A stretch of 64,000 nucleotides of DNA. Origin: Candidatus Latescibacterota bacterium (GTDB lineage Bacteria > Krumholzibacteriota > Krumholzibacteriia > WVZY01 > JAKEHA01). Positions 21,486-30,692 of this stretch are shown piece after piece (the stretch's first letter is position 1; each line of letters begins with the position of its first letter). Under the pieces are notes generated by a model. That model was not told the DNA's origin. It did no database searches and saw only the letters and a list, made by a program, of their open reading frames with translations. The stretch is taken from the NCBI GenBank assembly GCA_963707635.1, contig OY970173.1, positions 768,001-832,000 of the forward strand, read 5' to 3'. A program made the translations under genes and the position numbers.

Positions 21486-23882
21486 CTACTTAAGCAACAG
21501 CATTTTCCGCGACAACGTTGTCTTGCCTGTACTCAGTCGGTAGAAATAGATGCCAGATGCAACGGGCCTTCCCGAATCATTCTGGCCATCCCAGATCGCC
21601 TCATGCGTGCCGGCTTGAGTCATTCGATTCACGAGTGTCCGCACCAGCGATCCGTCAGTAGAATAAACACGAAGTTTGACCAACGATGCTGCGGGCACAA
21701 TGTACCGGATACTCGTGAGGGGATTGAATGGATTTGGACGGTTCTGCAGCAGTTCCGCTGCGAGCGGTGGCATCGATACTTCAACCGGGACCGACAAGGA
21801 GGAACCGGAGTCGATCAGTGCTTCCAGGGTGTAAGTGTACGTGAAGCCAGGTCTCGCAGTCTCGTCAATGTAACTTCTCGCTTGCGGATCAAGGAGGTTC
21901 GGTTCGAACTCCAGGCCTTCAGATTGCAGGCGATGCACCCTGAACCCATTCACACGCTCATCCGCCTGCACTGACCACGTCAGCCGGACGCCGGTTGACG
22001 TCGCGCGCGCATCGAAAGAGGTGATCAAAACGGCGACGGGGTACTCCGGTTCGCGGCGCAGAATCGCGCCACCACTTCCAACCATTGTTCCGGCATCAGC
22101 GCCGGTCATGCAGATGCCGAAAATGTCGCCAAGATAGCTCCCCGCCATGCCGCTGCGTTGCCATTTCCAGGTCAGGCCGCCGTCGGTCGTAAACCTCACG
22201 TCGCCCCATTCGCCCACTGCGGTGCCGTTCAATAAGTCGCCGAACCAGACGTCGTTGAGGTTCCGATGGGTTCCGGTTTGGACACGCGTCCACGTATTGC
22301 ACCCATCCGTCGTGCGAACAATGGTTCCGTTGTCGCCGACGACCACGCCCGTATTCGCATCGAGGAAGAAAACCGCGTTGTACGACTGACGCCATGGAAT
22401 GAGTGACTGGACCCAGGTCGCCCCTCCGTCGGTCGTTCGTATCAGGTTTTGAATCCATCCAACAACAATGGCAACTCCGTCCACGGCACAGACATCGGTG
22501 TAAAGGGAGAGCGGCGTATTTGTCTGCGGCGTCCAGGTTACGCCTCCATCGGATGTCTTGTAGACTTCGTTCCAACCAGCGATGTACCCGGTCTGTGCGT
22601 CATCGAACGACACGGAATAGAGGGGAGATGTCGTGTCGCGGGTCCGACGCGTCCAGGTGTTACCGCCGTCGTTCGTGCGAATAATGTAGCCGTCGTCTCC
22701 GACGGCGTGACCATGATCGGGATCCGTAAAGTGGACGCCACGCAGCCTCGAGGCAATGCCGCTCGTCTGCGGCGTCCATGACACGCCGCCATCCTCGGTG
22801 CGATAGATAGCGCCGTTGTCGCCAACAACAGTTCCCTGCAGACCGTCCAGAAAATGGACCCCATGGATGCCGCTATATGTGAAGCTCCTGGACATCTGCT
22901 CCCAGCTTGCACCGTCATCTACGGAACGAAGGATGATCCCGTTGTCACCCACGGCCAGCGACACCGAGCCGTTCGACGCGATGCCGTGCAGGGCGCGTTC
23001 GGTATTGCTGATGCTGGTGATCCAGCTGGTGCCGCCGTTCGAGGTACGAATGATCCGCCCGCCGTAGCCGACGGCGATGGCGCGGGTGGAATCGATTTGG
23101 ACTACGGATCCCAGGATCTGTTGGGTCGTTACGGGCTGGGAAGACCATGTCAGCCCGCCGTCGGTCGTGCGCACCACCATTCCTGGCCCCCCGGTTGCCG
23201 TGCCGTTCGCGGCATCGGAGAAGGAAACGGAACGCAGGTCGGTCTGATACGATCCAACGTACTGGTTTGACCACGTCAGCCCACCGTCGGCGGAGAGATA
23301 GACAGCGGCTGTCATGAAGCCCGTATCCCAATCGGTGATGCCGCCGGCGGCGATGATCTGATTGATCCCCAAGACCCAGAAGTCAACGACCGTGAATTCG
23401 GGAGGGAGAACGCGCGTCTGCCACGTTGCGCCTCCATCGTCGGTCCGGATCAGGTTGTTGTAGTAGTCCGACACGAAACCGGTCACGCCATCCAGAAGGA
23501 ACACAGCCTCCAACTGGGTCGGCGCCGGACTTGGCGCGAAGTCCCAATGTGCGCCGCCGTCGAAAGTCCGTAGCACGACATTGCCGCTTCCCACGGCAAG
23601 GCCGATGCTGGTTGTCCCGAAGGAAACGTCGCGAACATACATGGTGGTACGTGTGTCGATATCCGTCCACGTCAGTCCAGCATCGCTGGATCGAATCAGC
23701 GTACCGCCGTCACCGACAACGATTACAGTGTGGTTGTCCAGAAACGTGGCGGCTCGCAGGGTACTTCCGGTGGGTTGGGGATTCTGCCAGCCCCAGGGGG
23801 GCTCAGCGGCATGAAGCGGAAAAGAGACAAACGATGCGATACAGAGGGTGAGACTCAAAGCGGGCAATGAAAAGCATCGCAT
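21486..23882 (-). CDS. Secreted YCF48/BNR (Asp-box) repeat protein with FlgD-Ig/secretion tail
   Basis: Many RTxDGGxTW repeats; PNPFNPLTSI...RKMLLLK. Confidence 0.88.
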   Translation of the reverse strand: MRCFSLPALSLTLCIASFVSFPLHAAEPPWGWQNPQPTGSTLRAATFLDNHTVIVVGDGGTLIRSSDAGLTWTDIDTRTTMYVRDVSFGTTSIGLAVGSGNVVLRTFDGGAHWDFAPSPAPTQLEAVFLLDGVTGFVSDYYNNLIRTDDGGATWQTRVLPPEFTVVDFWVLGINQIIAAGGITDWDTGFMTAAVYLSADGGLTWSNQYVGSYQTDLRSVSFSDAANGTATGGPGMVVRTTDGGLTWSSQPVTTQQILGSVVQIDSTRAIAVGYGGRIIRTSNGGTSWITSISNTERALHGIASNGSVSLAVGDNGIILRSVDDGASWEQMSRSFTYSGIHGVHFLDGLQGTVVGDNGAIYRTEDGGVSWTPQTSGIASRLRGVHFTDPDHGHAVGDDGYIIRTNDGGNTWTRRTRDTTSPLYSVSFDDAQTGYIAGWNEVYKTSDGGVTWTPQTNTPLSLYTDVCAVDGVAIVVGWIQNLIRTTDGGATWVQSLIPWRQSYNAVFFLDANTGVVVGDNGTIVRTTDGCNTWTRVQTGTHRNLNDVWFGDLLNGTAVGEWGDVRFTTDGGLTWKWQRSGMAGSYLGDIFGICMTGADAGTMVGSGGAILRREPEYPVAVLITSFDARATSTGVRLTWSVQADERVNGFRVHRLQSEGLEFEPNLLDPQARSYIDETARPGFTYTYTLEALIDSGSSLSVPVEVSMPPLAAELLQNRPNPFNPLTSIRYIVPAASLVKLRVYSTDGSLVRTLVNRMTQAGTHEAIWDGQNDSGRPVASGIYFYRLSTGKTTLSRKMLLLK

Positions 23883-23980
23883 CGAAGCGGCCCCATCTGC
23901 GGCTTAATGCAGCGAAATTGTACCACTCCAAGAGGGAACCTGCAACCTTCCGATTCTATCCCGCGCCTGAACCGTTTGTG

Positions 23981-24068
23981 AAGGGATTGGAAATGAAGAA
24001 GCTAGGGGGCAACCTGCCCCGCCCGACAATCTCCCCTAAAGAAGCAGCAAAATGGCAACGAACCCCTG
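23981..24068 (+). repeat. comM-array att arm 5
   Basis: AAGGGATTGGAAATGAAGAAGCTA ... CCCCTAAAGAAGCAGCAAAATGGCAACGAACCCCTG. Confidence 0.8.
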
Positions 24069-24546
24069 TTTGTGCGGATTCCATGGGTCGACGATTCGGC
24101 AGTGCCGTTGCTCGCCGCTTCAGATTGAGAACTACTTGGGGAAGATCTCGGGGCCGTTGCTGGATCGGATTGCGATTCACGTGAGCGTGCGGCCGGTGGA
24201 CGTGGAAGCGTGGTCGGGTGTCGATGGTGTGACGCGCATGACGAGTGCCGCGATGCGGGAGATGGTGGCGCGTGCGCGCGAGATTCAAACGCAGCGCTTC
24301 GCCGACACGAACGGCGTCGACTGCAACGCGCGCATTCCCGAAGGAATGTTTGCAGCGCACTGCGCAATGGAAGCTACCGCTGAGGCGTTGTTCGTGCGGG
24401 CGCAGAAATCGCTCCTTGTGAGTGCGCGGGCGCGCGGTCACATCGTGCGAGTCGCACGGACGATTGCAGACCTCGAGGGAACGGAGAAGATTGCGGAGCG
24501 TCACATCGCGGAGGCGATCGGGTATCGGGGGAGGGATTCACGGTAG
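24052..24546 (+). pseudogene. comM: comM 3' fragment copy 6 (164-aa intact ORF)
   Basis: MATNPCLCG...HIAEAIGYRGRDSR. Confidence 0.9.
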
Positions 24547-24591
24547 TGATCGAGCTTTCTGTCGCCGCCGCGGTCGTTCCGGGCGGTTGAC

Positions 24592-25073
24592 GTGCATCTT
24601 CCTCAAGCCTTCAACTACGCGCGGGGCAACCTCAGCTTCACCATCAACGGAAGGGAGCACTCACCATGTGGGCTCAAGCAACCCAGAAAGCACATGGATT
24701 GCGTCGTATCGGGTGCCATCGTCCTGACCCTTGGGGAGGCCTATGGCTTCCGGAGGCCCATGCGAACCCCGGCACAACGCTCGATCCGCAGAACCCGAAC
24801 GCGACGTTCACGCAGGAAGGCAGTCAAACGTTCACACTGGGGCCGGTGTTGTTGCTCACAGACCAGTCGTTGTCCGACTTCGTCGCGTTCTTCGCGCCCG
24901 ATGCGGATGCGGCTCCGGGCACGTTCTCGTCGGTCGAGTTTGGTTGCCGCAGCGTCGAGGCGCAGTCCAGCGTGGAGTACGCAGCCTTCCGTTCGAGCCT
25001 CGTCGCACCGCTGGCGGTAGAGACGACAACATGGGGTCGAATGAAAGCATTGTATAGAACGGACCGACCGTGA
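24592..25073 (+). pseudogene. 5'-truncated, frameshifted secreted protein ending TTWGRMKALY
   Basis: Two frames join near 24750; TWGxxKALY tail; no signal peptide visible. Confidence 0.6.
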
Positions 25074-25139
25074 CGGAATCTGGAGGACATCATTTGTCGG
25101 TACGGGTTGCGACGGCGTAAGCATCGGCGGGCGTTACCG

Positions 25140-25283
25140 GATGCGGTTCACGTCGCGGTGCGACCTGTGGATGTGGAGGCGTGGGCGGGTACCGACGGTG
25201 CGGCGCGAATGACGAGTGCCGTGATGCGCGAGATGGTCGTGCGGGCACAGAAGACGTTGCTCGTGAGCGCACGGGCGCGTGGC
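25140..25283 (+). pseudogene. comM: comM 3' remnant with internal deletion
   Basis: HVAVRPVDVEAW...MTSAVMREMVVRA|QKTLLVSARARG; about 43 codons missing between the two VRA repeats. Confidence 0.8.
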
Positions 25284-25315
25284 GCTGGCCGCGGGGGCTG
25301 TCGGTCATGGTCTTA

Positions 25316-27802
25316 TCACCTCCCAACGAGAACGAAGGATGCCCAGTAGTAAGGATGTTCGTATGGCCGTTCACCGCTGCGGTCGCGCCACTGGCGGAGC
25401 CACATTCTGGCGTCGCGCAGCGCGTCGGCCTTGGTCAAGCGGGTGGCGCTGTTTGCGCCCAGCCAGTTGGAGTAGAAGCGGCCCATGAGAAGCGCGGTCG
25501 CCTCATCGTTCACCGGCCAGCGGCTCGCCAGCAGACAGTGCGATCCGGCGCGCAGGAGTGGATACGCGAAGCCAACAGTCCCCTCGCCGAACACGTTGCG
25601 CCCCAGGGCGGTCTCGCATGCGCTCAGCGTGACAAGCTCCGCATTGAGCCGCCAGTGACCGATCTCCTCGGCCGTCACGACTCCGATGTCCGGTGTCTTC
25701 GCAGCCTTCGCAGCGTGAACCTGCGCGAGCACGAGCGCAGAACGTTCCGGCTTGATGTCGTCGACCAGCGCATGGGTGGCGAAGTGAATGATGTCAAAGT
25801 GCCCGAGGTCGCCGCCGGCAGCGAGCTTCGTCAGCGCCTGGCGCGAGGCGTCGGCCCCGACGAGAGTGGTCGACTCCGGGAGCAACGCTGCAATCGTCTC
25901 GATCTCGCCACGGGACCACGGCAGGCGGGGAAGTGCCGCGAGTGCGGCCGGGTCGCGTTTGACTGCGCCGCGCAGCGTGGACGAGTCGACGCGCGAGCGT
26001 GAGGCGGTTTCCGTCGCCGGTGGCGTCCACACTGCCAGGTGTTCTGCCCGGAAGGGAGGATCGCCGACCAGCAGACCGGATCGCGGCGTTTTCTCGACGC
26101 CGCGCGATTGCTCGCAGAGCCATGCGTAGATGGACGCCGACGGTGCCTGCCGAATCGCGAAGCGCTCGCCAGCGAACTTTCCCGACTCGTCCACCAGCGC
26201 GTCGAGCGGGAGCGACGACATAGCATCGGAAGGGATCACGATCAATCCACGCACGCCTTCCAGTTGTCGCGCGAGAGGGGCAAGGCGGTCGTTCCAGATC
26301 TGTTGGGCGTCGCCGCGCGGGAAGTCGTCGCCGCCAAACGCCGAATAGCCGGCGTCCACAATCGCGTCGCGGAAGCGTGCATAGCGCTGCGCGCGTGTGA
26401 ACACACGCTCGGCGGGCGTCACGGGCAAGCGCACCCATTGCACGAGCCCGGTCGAGCGAATCACGTATGCATACGCGCGCGGTGTCCCTTCGGGCAGTTC
26501 GTGGTCGAGCCAACCCACAATCGCTTCGTCGGCGCGCAACGACTTGCGTACACGCGCGAGCGCGAAGGGCACCGTATCGCCAAGGAGCGAGTCGCTCAGA
26601 AGACGCCCGCGTGCGCTCTCGATGTCCTCCCATGCTTCTTCGGGGCGATTCAGTTGCACACGGCAGATGGTCCGTGACTCGTACGGAGTATTCACGAAGG
26701 TTGCCGGTCGCGTGCCCGGTCCGGTCCGGAGGCGCGCCGCTTCGAAACCCGCGACCGCGCTGTCGAAGTAGGCCTCCGCGCCCCGAAAGTCTCCGCGGCC
26801 AGCCGGTGAATCGCCAAGTTGCGTGTAGCAGCGGATGACCTGCTCGTGGCCGCGCGGGTAATTCATGGCCAGAAGACGCTCCAATGCACCCTGAAGATAT
26901 CTCTCCCCTTCGTCGTAGCGGCCGTTCCAGTTGGCGATGCGCCCGCGGTAGTGGCCGATGATGTGCTGCGTCTGCTTCACGTTCCCGCCCTTGCTCCGCA
27001 GCGCCTCGGCGCGCGCGGTGGCCTGGTCGAGCAGGCTGTCGGCGCTCTCCAGCCTGCGCAACAGGCCATACGTGAGCGCCAGATTGTCGGTTGCCTCCAG
27101 CGATTGCACCGAGTCGTCCGGATAGAGCACTCGACAGTCACGCACGTTGCTGCGAAACAGGCGTGCGGCTTCCTCGTGGCGCAGGAGCTCGTTGTAGACC
27201 AGCGCGAGCATGTTGCGATACCCGATCAGCTCCATGGAGACGCCGGGCTGGCGCTCGAGCGTCACGAGGCCCTCATTGAGCAGATCGATCGCATCCTGCT
27301 TCTCCCCCTGAAAGCGCAGGAGCTTGGCCAGGTTGAACAGACCGTAGAGAACGCGCGGGTCGGCGGAGTCGGGGAGTTTCCTGACGATGACGACGGCGTC
27401 GCGCGCGGCTCGTTCGGCGGCCTCGAAGTCGCCCATCCTCTGGTAAACGCTCGAAAGCGCAAACATGGGTTCCACCAGCAGCTCGTGATCGGGACCCAGA
27501 CGAGCCCGGCGGAGGGCGATCGACTCCTCCAGGCATGCGAGCGCACTCTCGTTCCGGGAATCGTCGGCCAGGTACGTGCCAAGATCGTGGAGCGCGGTGG
27601 CGAGTTCGAGCGAATCGGCTTCCGACCGCCGCCGCGCGACTTCCTTCCCGGCGTGGTCGATGGCGAGGACCAATTCACCGCGCTCGTATTGCGCGCGGTG
27701 CGTGGTGCGAAGTGTGTCCGCCTCGGTGCTCGCACGGGCCGGTGCGGCGATTGCGCCGATGGCGAGCAGCACCAGCGCCGGGATGATCCGAGTGGAACTC
27801 AT
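25316..27802 (-). CDS. Secreted TPR + CHAT (caspase-like) protease
   Basis: Signal peptide, TPRs, IIHFATHA (His) and LSACET (Cys), HPYYWASF C-terminus. Confidence 0.9.
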   Translation of the reverse strand: MSSTRIIPALVLLAIGAIAAPARASTEADTLRTTHRAQYERGELVLAIDHAGKEVARRRSEADSLELATALHDLGTYLADDSRNESALACLEESIALRRARLGPDHELLVEPMFALSSVYQRMGDFEAAERAARDAVVIVRKLPDSADPRVLYGLFNLAKLLRFQGEKQDAIDLLNEGLVTLERQPGVSMELIGYRNMLALVYNELLRHEEAARLFRSNVRDCRVLYPDDSVQSLEATDNLALTYGLLRRLESADSLLDQATARAEALRSKGGNVKQTQHIIGHYRGRIANWNGRYDEGERYLQGALERLLAMNYPRGHEQVIRCYTQLGDSPAGRGDFRGAEAYFDSAVAGFEAARLRTGPGTRPATFVNTPYESRTICRVQLNRPEEAWEDIESARGRLLSDSLLGDTVPFALARVRKSLRADEAIVGWLDHELPEGTPRAYAYVIRSTGLVQWVRLPVTPAERVFTRAQRYARFRDAIVDAGYSAFGGDDFPRGDAQQIWNDRLAPLARQLEGVRGLIVIPSDAMSSLPLDALVDESGKFAGERFAIRQAPSASIYAWLCEQSRGVEKTPRSGLLVGDPPFRAEHLAVWTPPATETASRSRVDSSTLRGAVKRDPAALAALPRLPWSRGEIETIAALLPESTTLVGADASRQALTKLAAGGDLGHFDIIHFATHALVDDIKPERSALVLAQVHAAKAAKTPDIGVVTAEEIGHWRLNAELVTLSACETALGRNVFGEGTVGFAYPLLRAGSHCLLASRWPVNDEATALLMGRFYSNWLGANSATRLTKADALRDARMWLRQWRDRSGERPYEHPYYWASFVLVGR

Positions 27803-28671
27803 TTCTCGATGTTCCCGAGCAGTTCACGTGCGTGGTCAGCGCGCCCGCGATCCAGCTCGACGACGTCGACCAGTGCGAGCTTCGCGGCCGGAATATCGTT
27901 CAGCGCGAGCCTGGCATTCGCGAGCTGCCAGAGAGCCTCCTCACGCAGTGCCGGCGCATCCGCGGTGGCCACGGCGGCTTCCAGGTGCGTGGCGGCATGC
28001 GCGAAGTTGCCAGCCAGCGATTCGGATGATCCCAGGTAGAGGAGCATCTCTGCGTCACCGGGCTTGAGGCCGAGCGCTTCCTCGAGCGCGGCACGCGCGC
28101 CGGCGTAATCGCCGTCGCGGTAGAGCTCGAGCCCGCGCAGTCGCGCTGCCTCGAACGTGCCCGGCTCGACAGCGCTGCGACTGATGCGAACGGGAAGCGG
28201 TTCGATGCTCGCAAGCGCCGTGTAGTCGACTGGGTCGCGCGAACCCCTCGGCAGGAAGATCACCGTTGCGATCACGGCCGCGGCTGCCACGGTGACCGCG
28301 GGCCACCATCTTCTCGCGAAGGACAGCACTGCCCGCCGTCTACTGTTTTCGTCCACGTCCTCGCCGCCTGGCATCTCGTCTTCCTCTCCCGCCGACGCCC
28401 ATTCCAGTTCGCGGCGACAACTCTCGCACGTGTCGAGGTGCTGCTGTTCCGCCGGTGTGGCCGTGTCGCGGTTCCCCGACAGTGCGATGATGCGGTCGGG
28501 GCGGATGTGGGCCAGTCCCTGTGCCAGCGCTTCCGCCTGCAACTTCATCGCGAACGCGAGAGCAGCCCCGCATTCACTGCACCGGTCACGATGCATCTCG
28601 ACCTCGCGGCGCTGCTCCGGCGTCAGCCGGTTCTCGAGATAGTCGGCCATCTGCTCGAGGATGTGGTTCAT
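27799..28671 (-). CDS. Membrane anti-sigma factor with two HxxxCxxC (ZAS/zf-HC2) motifs, TM and extracytoplasmic TPR
   Basis: HRDRCSEC and HLDTCESC; TM; TPR; ATGA overlaps on both sides. Confidence 0.8.
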   Translation of the reverse strand: MNHILEQMADYLENRLTPEQRREVEMHRDRCSECGAALAFAMKLQAEALAQGLAHIRPDRIIALSGNRDTATPAEQQHLDTCESCRRELEWASAGEEDEMPGGEDVDENSRRRAVLSFARRWWPAVTVAAAAVIATVIFLPRGSRDPVDYTALASIEPLPVRISRSAVEPGTFEAARLRGLELYRDGDYAGARAALEEALGLKPGDAEMLLYLGSSESLAGNFAHAATHLEAAVATADAPALREEALWQLANARLALNDIPAAKLALVDVVELDRGRADHARELLGNIEK

Positions 28672-29186
28672 TCCGGTTTCCCCCCGGCGATGTCCATCGC
28701 CTTGCGAAGGCAGCGGGTGACCTTGACTCGCACCGACGACTCGAGCATATCGAGCTCGGCGGCAATTTCGGAGTAGGGCACACCGTGCAGGTACACCTGC
28801 TCGAGCAAACGAGCGCACTCGGGGGGCAATTTTTCGAGCAGGTTACGGACGTCGATTGCGTGTCCGGGATTGTGCGGCACGAGGTCCTCGCGGGCGAGAG
28901 ATTGCTCGCGGTTGCGGCGCCTCGTCGCCCGGCGCACCGCCTGGAGGACGGTGCTTCGGACGATGGCGAAGAGGTATCCCTCTTCGGAACCCGTCCCGCT
29001 GAACTGGTGGAGACCGACCGAGAAGAAGCGCGCGCTGGCTTCCTGGGCGACGTCCTCCCAGTCCACCTCGGCGCCGCCCGGACCTCCGCGACGGCAGACC
29101 GCGCGGGCGATCCGGCGGATGGTCTGGTCGATCTCCGCCTGGGCGGCGCGGTCGCCGAGCCGTGCTTGCTGGAACAGGGGGCGCAT
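28668..29186 (-). CDS. ECF sigma factor
   Basis: WEDVAQEA region 2; YSEIAAELDMLESSVRVKVTRC region 4. Confidence 0.88.
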   Translation of the reverse strand: MRPLFQQARLGDRAAQAEIDQTIRRIARAVCRRGGPGGAEVDWEDVAQEASARFFSVGLHQFSGTGSEEGYLFAIVRSTVLQAVRRATRRRNREQSLAREDLVPHNPGHAIDVRNLLEKLPPECARLLEQVYLHGVPYSEIAAELDMLESSVRVKVTRCLRKAMDIAGGKPE

Positions 29187-29505
29187 TCATCGCTCCGCAG
29201 CAGGGGACGTGAACGGCTAATCGGAGGAGCAATGCAGTAAACCATACCCCAATCCATCCTCGCAAGAACAAACACGACAGAGAGTTAACGCGCCAGTACC
29301 GGACCCGCCGACCCGGCTTTCCGTCTTCGATCATTCAATGGGTAGACGCCGCCGCATGTGCGTTCGCTGCGGGAAATCGAAGCGGTCGGTGTGAAAGAGC
29401 GGCTCTTCGTGAAGCGAAATCCCGATGCGTGACATCTCCACTCATGTGCGCACCGATCCAGAAGGCTCGACCTACGCACACCCAACCCGAACCCTGGAGG
29501 TTGTC

Positions 29506-30117
29506 ATGCTTCGAATGAAAAGAGTGTTGCCCATGATGCGCCGTCCTCTCCAGATGGCGTGCATCCTCGTGGTCGCGATCGCGACGTCGAGTGCCGCTGC
29601 AACCAATTTTCTCGTGAACGGAACCTTTGACACGGCGGTGCCCGACAATGGCACGGGTGGCGGATGGACATCCGCTACCATATCGACTAGTTACGGCTGG
29701 AATGCTGGCTGGGGAAATCCGGCGCCCGCCTACGTACTCAATCACACCGGGCAGGTCGGAAGCGACCCGAAGATATTTCAGACCGTCGCCGGGCTCGCTC
29801 CGGGCTCGAAGTACGTCATCTACGGGGATTACGATCTTCTTGGCGACACGGGAACTCCGAACAATTCGTTCGAGGTTCGTGTCGATGGCACCGCCATTCT
29901 CTCGATTGGACCGCACCCCGCTGACGTGCCGGGCTATACCGGGCAATTCGCGCAATTCAGCATCGAGTTCACGGCCACGGCGACGTCGCACCAGATCATG
30001 TTCGCGGCGGAGTGCAACGGTAGCGACCATCACTACCTCGTGGACAACCTGGTCATGGAGACGACCGTCGCGGTCGAATCATCGACCTGGGGCAAAGTGA
30101 AGGCCTTGTACCGCTAG
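29506..30117 (+). CDS. Secreted carbohydrate-binding-like (DUF642-like) protein with STWGKVKALY tail
   Basis: GGAGG RBS, signal peptide, NFLVNGTFD N-terminus, TWGxxKALY. Confidence 0.75.
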   Translation: MLRMKRVLPMMRRPLQMACILVVAIATSSAAATNFLVNGTFDTAVPDNGTGGGWTSATISTSYGWNAGWGNPAPAYVLNHTGQVGSDPKIFQTVAGLAPGSKYVIYGDYDLLGDTGTPNNSFEVRVDGTAILSIGPHPADVPGYTGQFAQFSIEFTATATSHQIMFAAECNGSDHHYLVDNLVMETTVAVESSTWGKVKALYR

Positions 30118-30265
30118 TTTTCCGAACCACCGGGAGGACGGCGGCGCGTGCAGTGTTCGCCCCTGCGCGCCGCCGTCCAAATGGTGTCTGCAGAGCGCTT
30201 CGTCAGGCTCACTCGATAACATTCGGGCAGTCTCCCCGGGCACGTATCAGGAATCGAGTTGGCGT

Positions 30266-30490
30266 GATGATCTACACCCACGTCCTGAACAAGGGCGGGC
30301 TTGGGTGAAGAGCCCCCTGGATCGGTGACGTCGAATGCCACGCAGCGTTTCTCTTGTTAGGTTGCGGGTTACGCAGTACTATCTGCAGGCTGCGAGCCGA
30401 ATCGACGGCCCGGTCAGACATTATGATGCAGCCTATGTAGTTAGGCTGCGGGCAGACAGCCGTGCAAGATCGATAGAAGACTCGTTAGTC
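30266..30490 (+). repeat. intI 3' tail + attI-like module, copy R1
   Basis: Encodes [12 protein letters not shown]...KSPLDR*; conserved 160-bp spacer; ends GATAGAAGACTC-GTTAGTC. Confidence 0.75.
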
Positions 30491-30692
30491 ACATTGACAA
30501 TAAGGAAGACGAGAATAATTCGGTTTCTCGCGATCACGGTCTGTTCGCGAGTTCTTGCCGGCAAAGCGTTCAGTCGCTAGAGTTGGATGCGGTGTCCACC
30601 CTGACGAACAAGATCGTGATTGCGCGATAGGCGCTCGTTCAGCAAGCGGTGAGCTATCGCGGGGGCCACTCGACGATTGCGGGCGCCGATGT

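Noticed and set aside
11803..24546. comM copies as a pure assembly artefact or as independent paralogous genes
   Set aside because: The copies differ by many synonymous changes, have distinct flanks, lack Walker A/B and share one start junction. An artefact is not fully excluded without reads.
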